A stretch of DNA of 64,000 nt, taken from contig CAWCUS010000001.1 of NCBI GenBank assembly GCA_963798845.1, positions 160,001 to 224,000 on the forward strand. The letters run 5' to 3'. The notes under the pieces were generated by a model. It did no database searches and was not told where the DNA came from. It saw nothing but the letters and a program-made list of their open reading frames with translations. Shown here in pieces: positions 59,130 to 64,000 of this stretch (the stretch's first letter is position 1; the number at the start of each line of letters is the position of its first letter). The stretch is from an uncultured Gemmatimonadales bacterium (GTDB taxonomy: Bacteria > Gemmatimonadota > Gemmatimonadetes > Longimicrobiales > RSA9). The position numbers and the translations under genes are program-made.

Positions 59130-59579
59130 ATGGGTGAGGTGGACTGGCGAGCCAACCTGGTGACGAGCGATGAGGAAGTGCGGGGGATCCTCGAGAGCGC
59201 CCGCCGCATAGCGGTGCTGGGGATCAAGCCGGAATTCAAACGCGATCAGCCGGCGCACTACGTCCCTGCCTACCTGAAGGAGGAGGGATACGAGGTGGTC
59301 CCCGTCCCCGTGTACTATCCCGGGGTGACGGAGATCCTGGGCGAACCGGTGTACAGGGAGGTGTCCGCCATACCCGGGCCGGTGGACATGGTGGACGTGT
59401 TCCGCCGTCCCGGCGACATCCCACAGCACGTCGACGATCTCATCGCGAAGCACCCCGACGTGGTCTGGTTCCAGCTGGGCATCCGCAACGACGAAGCTGC
59501 CGAGCGCCTGGCCCGAGCGGGCATCCGGGTGGTCCAGAACCGCTGCACGCTGGCGGACCACCGCCGGTTCGGGCTGTAG
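59130..59579 (+). CDS. CoA-binding protein (YccU-like)
   Basis: IAVLG, YL...GY.V.PV, VDMVDVFR, VWFQLGI.N, V.NRC. Confidence 0.92.
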   Translation: MGEVDWRANLVTSDEEVRGILESARRIAVLGIKPEFKRDQPAHYVPAYLKEEGYEVVPVPVYYPGVTEILGEPVYREVSAIPGPVDMVDVFRRPGDIPQHVDDLIAKHPDVVWFQLGIRNDEAAERLARAGIRVVQNRCTLADHRRFGL

Positions 59580-59590
59580 CAACAACGGAG

Positions 59591-59812
59591 GTGAGCGTGC
59601 CGCTGGATTTTCGAAGGGCAACGACGCTGTTCATGGGCACGGAAGAGGAGCTGGCGCGAGCTCTGGGCATGGAGGCGGGCGACCTCCGCCGCTATCGGCA
59701 GCAGCCCGAATCCGTTCCGGACGACGTGCTGGCCCGGCTCGGCAATGTGCTGATGGAGCGGGGACGGGGGATGCGCCGAGTAGGTGAGCTCCTGAAGGAA
59801 GCCGGGGATTGA
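59591..59812 (+). CDS. Small hypothetical protein, possible Cro/XRE-like HTH
   Basis: GGAG RBS; EEELARALGM...LRRY helix-turn-helix-like pattern. Confidence 0.65.
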   Translation: MSVPLDFRRATTLFMGTEEELARALGMEAGDLRRYRQQPESVPDDVLARLGNVLMERGRGMRRVGELLKEAGD

Positions 59813-59822
59813 GGGCGGCGGC

Positions 59823-60182
59823 TCACGGCCGCCACGCGTCCTCCAGGTGCCGGACCGATGTTCGGTCGGGTTCACGCGTCACGGAAACGGCATCGAAGCG
59901 GAAGGCCCGGTAGCCGGCCCCCCGCCCGGCGATCCAGCCGAGCGCCGCCGTCGCCAGGTCGCGGCGCTTGGCCGGGCCGATGGCTTCGAGCGGGTCTGCG
60001 AGCCTCGCCGCACCCCGCGCCTTGACCTCCACGAAGGCTACAAGTCCGTCCCGCTCGGCCACCAGGTCGATCTCCTTGTGATGAAAGCGCCAGTTGCGGT
60101 CGAGAATGCGCCAGCCGCGCCCTTCCAGGTAGGCAGCCGCCAGCTCCTCGGCCTTCTGTCCGAACCGTCGTCGCGCATCCAT
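59823..60182 (-). CDS. yraN: YraN family PD-(D/E)xK nuclease
   Basis: G..AE..AA.YL, RNWR...EIDLVA, FVEVKAR, RFDAV. Confidence 0.93.
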   Translation of the reverse strand: MDARRRFGQKAEELAAAYLEGRGWRILDRNWRFHHKEIDLVAERDGLVAFVEVKARGAARLADPLEAIGPAKRRDLATAALGWIAGRGAGYRAFRFDAVSVTREPDRTSVRHLEDAWRP

Positions 60183-60255
60183 GCGGTTCCCTCCCCCGCC
60201 AAGCTGGCGATCGGCCCGGGGCGAAGGAATGGCGCGATGCGCCAACGCTGGGGCA

Positions 60256-61296
60256 TCAGGCCGGGAGCTCGATGGTCGGGGCCATGCGCCGGCCGATCGC
60301 CTCGGCGATGATGCGGGCCTGCTCCATCAGCTCGTCGAACTGAGCCGGGAAAAGCGACTGCGCCCCGTCGGAGATCGCATGGTCCGGATCGGGGTGGACC
60401 TCGACCATCAGGCCGTCCGCGCCGGCTGCGACCGCGGCCCGGGCCATGGGCACGACCTTGGCCCTCAGCCCCGTCCCGTGGCTCGGGTCTGCGATGATCG
60501 GCAAGTGCGACAGGGATTTCACCACGGGGATGGCGGTGAGGTCGAGCAGGTTGCGCGTGTGGGTGTCGAAGCTGCGCACCCCGCGCTCGCACAGGATCAC
60601 GTTCGGATTGCCCTCGCTCACCACGTACTCGGCGGCGAGGAGCAGTTCCTTGATGGTGGCAGCGAGGCCGCGTTTCAGAAGCACCGGCTTACCCACACGG
60701 CCGGCACGGCGCAGCAGCGGATAGTTCTGCATGTTCCGGGCGCCGATCTGCACGATGTCGGCGTGCTCGGCCACGAGGTCGACCATGTCGGGCTCGAGGG
60801 CTTCGGTGACCACGGCGAGGCCGGTCTCTTCGCGGGCGAGGGCCAGGAGCCGGAGGCCGGGCTCGCCGAGCCCCTGGAAGGCATACGGCAATGTGCGCGG
60901 CTTGAAGGCGCCGCCACGGAGCACGGTGGCGCCTGCGGCGCGCACCTGGCGGGCGGCGGTGAGGATCTGGCTTTCCGACTCGACGGCGCACGGGCCGGCG
61001 ATGACCACGACCTCGTCGCCGCCGATGCGGGTGCCGTTGCTCAGCTCGATGATGGTGGGCTCGTCGCGCCATTCCCGCGAGACCTGCTTGTACGGCTGGG
61101 TCACCTGGATGACCTGCTGCACGCCCGGTAGCGCCTCGAGGCGGTCGCTGTCCACCCGGCCATCGTTGCCGACGAGCCCCACGGCGGTGCGCTGCTTGCC
61201 CGGGATCGGTCGGGCTTCGTAGCCCATCTCCTCGATGGTGTGGACGACGCGGCGGACATCCTCGTCCGGGGCCCCGTGATTCATCACGACGAGCAT
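60256..61296 (-). CDS. aroF: DAHP synthase type I-beta with N-terminal regulatory domain
   Basis: [46 protein letters not shown]. Confidence 0.95.
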   Translation of the reverse strand: MLVVMNHGAPDEDVRRVVHTIEEMGYEARPIPGKQRTAVGLVGNDGRVDSDRLEALPGVQQVIQVTQPYKQVSREWRDEPTIIELSNGTRIGGDEVVVIAGPCAVESESQILTAARQVRAAGATVLRGGAFKPRTLPYAFQGLGEPGLRLLALAREETGLAVVTEALEPDMVDLVAEHADIVQIGARNMQNYPLLRRAGRVGKPVLLKRGLAATIKELLLAAEYVVSEGNPNVILCERGVRSFDTHTRNLLDLTAIPVVKSLSHLPIIADPSHGTGLRAKVVPMARAAVAAGADGLMVEVHPDPDHAISDGAQSLFPAQFDELMEQARIIAEAIGRRMAPTIELPA

Positions 61297-62099
61297 GATT
61301 CTCCGGTCGGTTCGGGGATCTCGAAGGCACGGCCGTCCTCGGCGCGGACGGTCTCACCCGTCCAGCCGGCTTCACGGACGAGGCGGACGACGTCCCGCTC
61401 GCCGAGCCAGGGATAGACGTGCGTCACCACGAGCCTCCGCGGCCGGGCCACGCCGGCGAGAGCGGCGAGCCTGGTGGGGGTCAGGTGAATGTCGATGGCC
61501 TCGTCGTCGGGAAGGGAGCACTCGGCCAGGAGCAGGTCGACGCCGGCGAGGAAACGGCCGACATCGTCGGACGGGCCGGTGTCACCGGTGTAGCCGACGC
61601 CGACCTGTTCGTCTCCTCCGTGGTCGGCCGCGGGAGCGGGCCGGACGCGGAAGGCGAGGGACTCGGGCGTGTGGGGCGTCTCGGCCGCAGTGATCTCGAG
61701 CCGACCGATCACGACCGGGTCCCCGGCCCCGATCTCGCGCACGAGGAGCGGGAACCCGGGGTCGGCCACGTGGTCGCCGAAGGCGGCCTCCATGGCGCGG
61801 AGGCGCTCCTGGATGCCCCGCGGCGCCAGGACGGTGAGCGGCGCGCTCCGCCGCTGCCGGACGCCCCACTTCAGGGCGAACAGGAGCGCGGGGAGGTCAC
61901 CGGTGTGGTCGTTGTGGAAGTGTGAAATCGCGACGTGGTCGATCCCCTGCCAGTCGAGGCCGAGACGGGCCATGCTCCCCACCGCCCCGGGTCCGCAATC
62001 CATGAGGAGGCGGGTGTCGCCCTCTTCGACGAAGTAGGCGGAGCAGGCGCGGGTGGGCTCGGGCGCCGCGGTTCCAGAGCCGACTAGGGTGAGGCGCAC
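61284..62099 (-). CDS. MBL-fold hydrolase (RNase Z/AtsA-like)
   Basis: LVGSGTA.P, DCGPG, SHFHNDH, YTGDTG, THVYP. Confidence 0.88.
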   Translation of the reverse strand: MRLTLVGSGTAAPEPTRACSAYFVEEGDTRLLMDCGPGAVGSMARLGLDWQGIDHVAISHFHNDHTGDLPALLFALKWGVRQRRSAPLTVLAPRGIQERLRAMEAAFGDHVADPGFPLLVREIGAGDPVVIGRLEITAAETPHTPESLAFRVRPAPAADHGGDEQVGVGYTGDTGPSDDVGRFLAGVDLLLAECSLPDDEAIDIHLTPTRLAALAGVARPRRLVVTHVYPWLGERDVVRLVREAGWTGETVRAEDGRAFEIPEPTGESCSS

Positions 62100-62106
62100 G
62101 GGACCG

Positions 62107-64000
62107 CTACGCGGCTCCCGCGGCCGCGCGGGCGACGACGTCACCGAGCTCGACGCCCACGATGGAGCTGACGCCCGGCTCCTCCATGGTGACGCCGTAG
62201 ATCCAGTCGGCGGCTTCCATGGTGCGCGGATTGTGCGTGACGACGATGAACTGCGTGTCGATCTTGAAGCGCTCGAGCATGGCGAGGAAGCGGCCGATAT
62301 TGGCCTCGTCGAGGGGCGCGTCGACCTCGTCGAGGACGCAGAAGGGGCTGGGCTTGACGAGGTAGATGGCGAACAGCAGCGCGAGGGAGGTCAGCGCCCG
62401 CTCGCCACCGGAGAGGAGATGGATACGCTGCGTGCGCTTCCCGCGCGGCGAGGCGGAGATCTCGATGGGGGACTCGAGGGGGTCGTCGGGATCCTCCAGC
62501 CAGAGGTCGCACTGCCCGCCCTCGAACAGCGTCTGGAACGTGGTCCCGAAGTTCTCCCGCACCCGCTCGAACGTGTCCTTGAAGAGCTGACGGGCGGTGC
62601 GATTGATCTCGCGGATGGCCTTCTGCAGGTCGTCGCGGGCCTGGACGAGGTCGGCGCGCTGCTCCTTGAGGAAATCGAGGCGCTCCTTCTCCTCATCGTA
62701 CTCCTCCACGGCGAGCATGTTGATGGGGCCGAGGCGCTCGATATCGGTGATGATCTGCTGGAGCTCGGCGGCGAGCGTGTCCAGCTCCCCGTCCACAGGC
62801 TCCACCATCTCCACCAGCTGCTCGAAGGGGCGGTTCCATTCTACCTCGAGCCGGTCGCGCACCCGCTGCTCGGCCGCGGCGGCCTCGCTCAGGCGGAGCT
62901 GGAGGCGGTGCCGCTCCTCGCCGCTCGTCTCGGCCACCTGGCGCAGCTTGCGGGTCTGGTGCTCCAGCGATTCCAGGGCGTCGCTGGCCTCGCGGAGCCG
63001 CTCGTCGAAGCCGCGCAGCTGTTCCGTGGCCTCATCCCGCCGGACGAAGAGGCTCTCGAGCTCCGCCGCCCCACCCGTGCGCACCTCCTCGAGCTCGTCG
63101 AGGGCGGCGCGGTGCTCCGCCTCCTCCGCATCGAGGGCGACGAGGCGGGCGTCCGCGTGCTCCAGCGATGTTTCGGCGCTGGTGCGACGACGATCGAGCT
63201 CCGCCAGGGCCGCTTCCTCGCGAGCGTGGGCGATGCGCAGCTCGGCGACTTCGTCGCGGACTTCCTCCCACGCCCCCTGGCGTTCGGTCAGCTCCGCCTC
63301 CGCCAGCTCCCGCCGCTCCACCAGGCGCTTCTGCTCCGAGTCGAGCTCCGCGGCCTCGACCATGGCGGCGGCGCCCTCCGCCCTGGCCTGCTCGCCGGCG
63401 GCGCGCAGGCCGGCGCGCTGGCGCTCCAGCTCGTCGCGGCTCCGCTCAGCGCGGGCGCGCTGTCCGGCGCGGGCCGCCTCATCCGCATCGAGGCGACGGA
63501 GCTCCAGCTCCAGGCCCCGCGCCTTCTCCTCCAGCTCGCGCCCTTCCGACTCGGCCTCCTCCACCTTCCCGGCCAGCGATGCGCGGGCGGCGGCCCGGGC
63601 TTCGCGGGTGCGCGCGGCCTCCTCGGCGTGGGTGCGGAGCGCGGCCAGGCGCTCGCGGCGACCGAGGAGCACGGGGTCGGATGCCGGCTCGCCCGCGAAC
63701 TCGAACGCGGCGACCAGCTCCCCGAGCCGGCCGAGGTCTGCTTCCCGGAGGAGCGCCAGGACGCCAGCACCGGGCCCGTGATCGGCGACCCACGATCGGA
63801 GGCGATCAATGGCGGCGTCGTCGGACACCACGAGGGCCTGGAGGAGCGCGCCGACGGTGTTCTCCACGGCGGCGGCTCTGTCATCCGGGAGGCGGAGCAG
63901 CTCTGCCACCGGCCCGACCAGGCCGTCCAGCTCGTCGCGATGCGCCAGGGCGGCCGCCACCGCGGGGCCGAAGCCGTGAAAGTCGCGCTCGAGCGTATCG
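62107..64000 (-). CDS. smc: Chromosome segregation protein SMC (C-terminal half; 5' end outside window)
   Basis: Hinge remnant, long coiled coil, INMLAVEEY, LSGGE, PFCVLDEVDAPLD, TQFIVVTH. Confidence 0.96.
   Translation of the reverse strand, partial: DTLERDFHGFGPAVAAALAHRDELDGLVGPVAELLRLPDDRAAAVENTVGALLQALVVSDDAAIDRLRSWVADHGPGAGVLALLREADLGRLGELVAAFEFAGEPASDPVLLGRRERLAALRTHAEEAARTREARAAARASLAGKVEEAESEGRELEEKARGLELELRRLDADEAARAGQRARAERSRDELERQRAGLRAAGEQARAEGAAAMVEAAELDSEQKRLVERRELAEAELTERQGAWEEVRDEVAELRIAHAREEAALAELDRRRTSAETSLEHADARLVALDAEEAEHRAALDELEEVRTGGAAELESLFVRRDEATEQLRGFDERLREASDALESLEHQTRKLRQVAETSGEERHRLQLRLSEAAAAEQRVRDRLEVEWNRPFEQLVEMVEPVDGELDTLAAELQQIITDIERLGPINMLAVEEYDEEKERLDFLKEQRADLVQARDDLQKAIREINRTARQLFKDTFERVRENFGTTFQTLFEGGQCDLWLEDPDDPLESPIEISASPRGKRTQRIHLLSGGERALTSLALLFAIYLVKPSPFCVLDEVDAPLDEANIGRFLAMLERFKIDTQFIVVTHNPRTMEAADWIYGVTMEEPGVSSIVGVELGDVVARAAAGAA

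Overview
High-GC (roughly 70% by eye) bacterial core-genome segment, most likely Gemmatimonadota. This is an inference from the FCB-type short RpoD, the dnaX-ybaB-recR-X-mglB-mglA order, and the ADOP/MacB permeases. It is densely coding, with about 66 genes: pcrA, serS, a manC/glmU-like operon, the rplM-rpsI-rpsB-tsf-pyrH-frr-uppS-cdsA-dxr-rseP cluster, rpoD, lepB, an orphan larE operon, comM, two MacAB-TolC-type systems plus an ADOP permease, degP, a very large membrane histidine kinase, bshB1, iscS-mnmA, grpE-dnaJ, pgsA-cinA, mglBA, recR, dnaX, SRP RNA, yraN, aroF and a partial smc. I found no mobile element, CRISPR array, tRNA or rRNA. I cannot prove a new system from sequence alone. The strongest leads are: an SMC with an apparently truncated hinge; a frameshifted membrane-protein gene wedged in front of mglBA; a LarE plus stand-alone mini-LarE domain without larA/B/C; a pentaloop in place of the SRP GNRA tetraloop; a sharp G/C-skew flip near 41.1 kb without DnaA boxes; and a readable promoter code (sigma70 with a degenerate -12 base matching a T440L sigma, leaderless and bidirectional promoters, sigma54 promoters on grpE, the ADOP permease and degP, a SigW-type promoter, and a YtrA-type operator).
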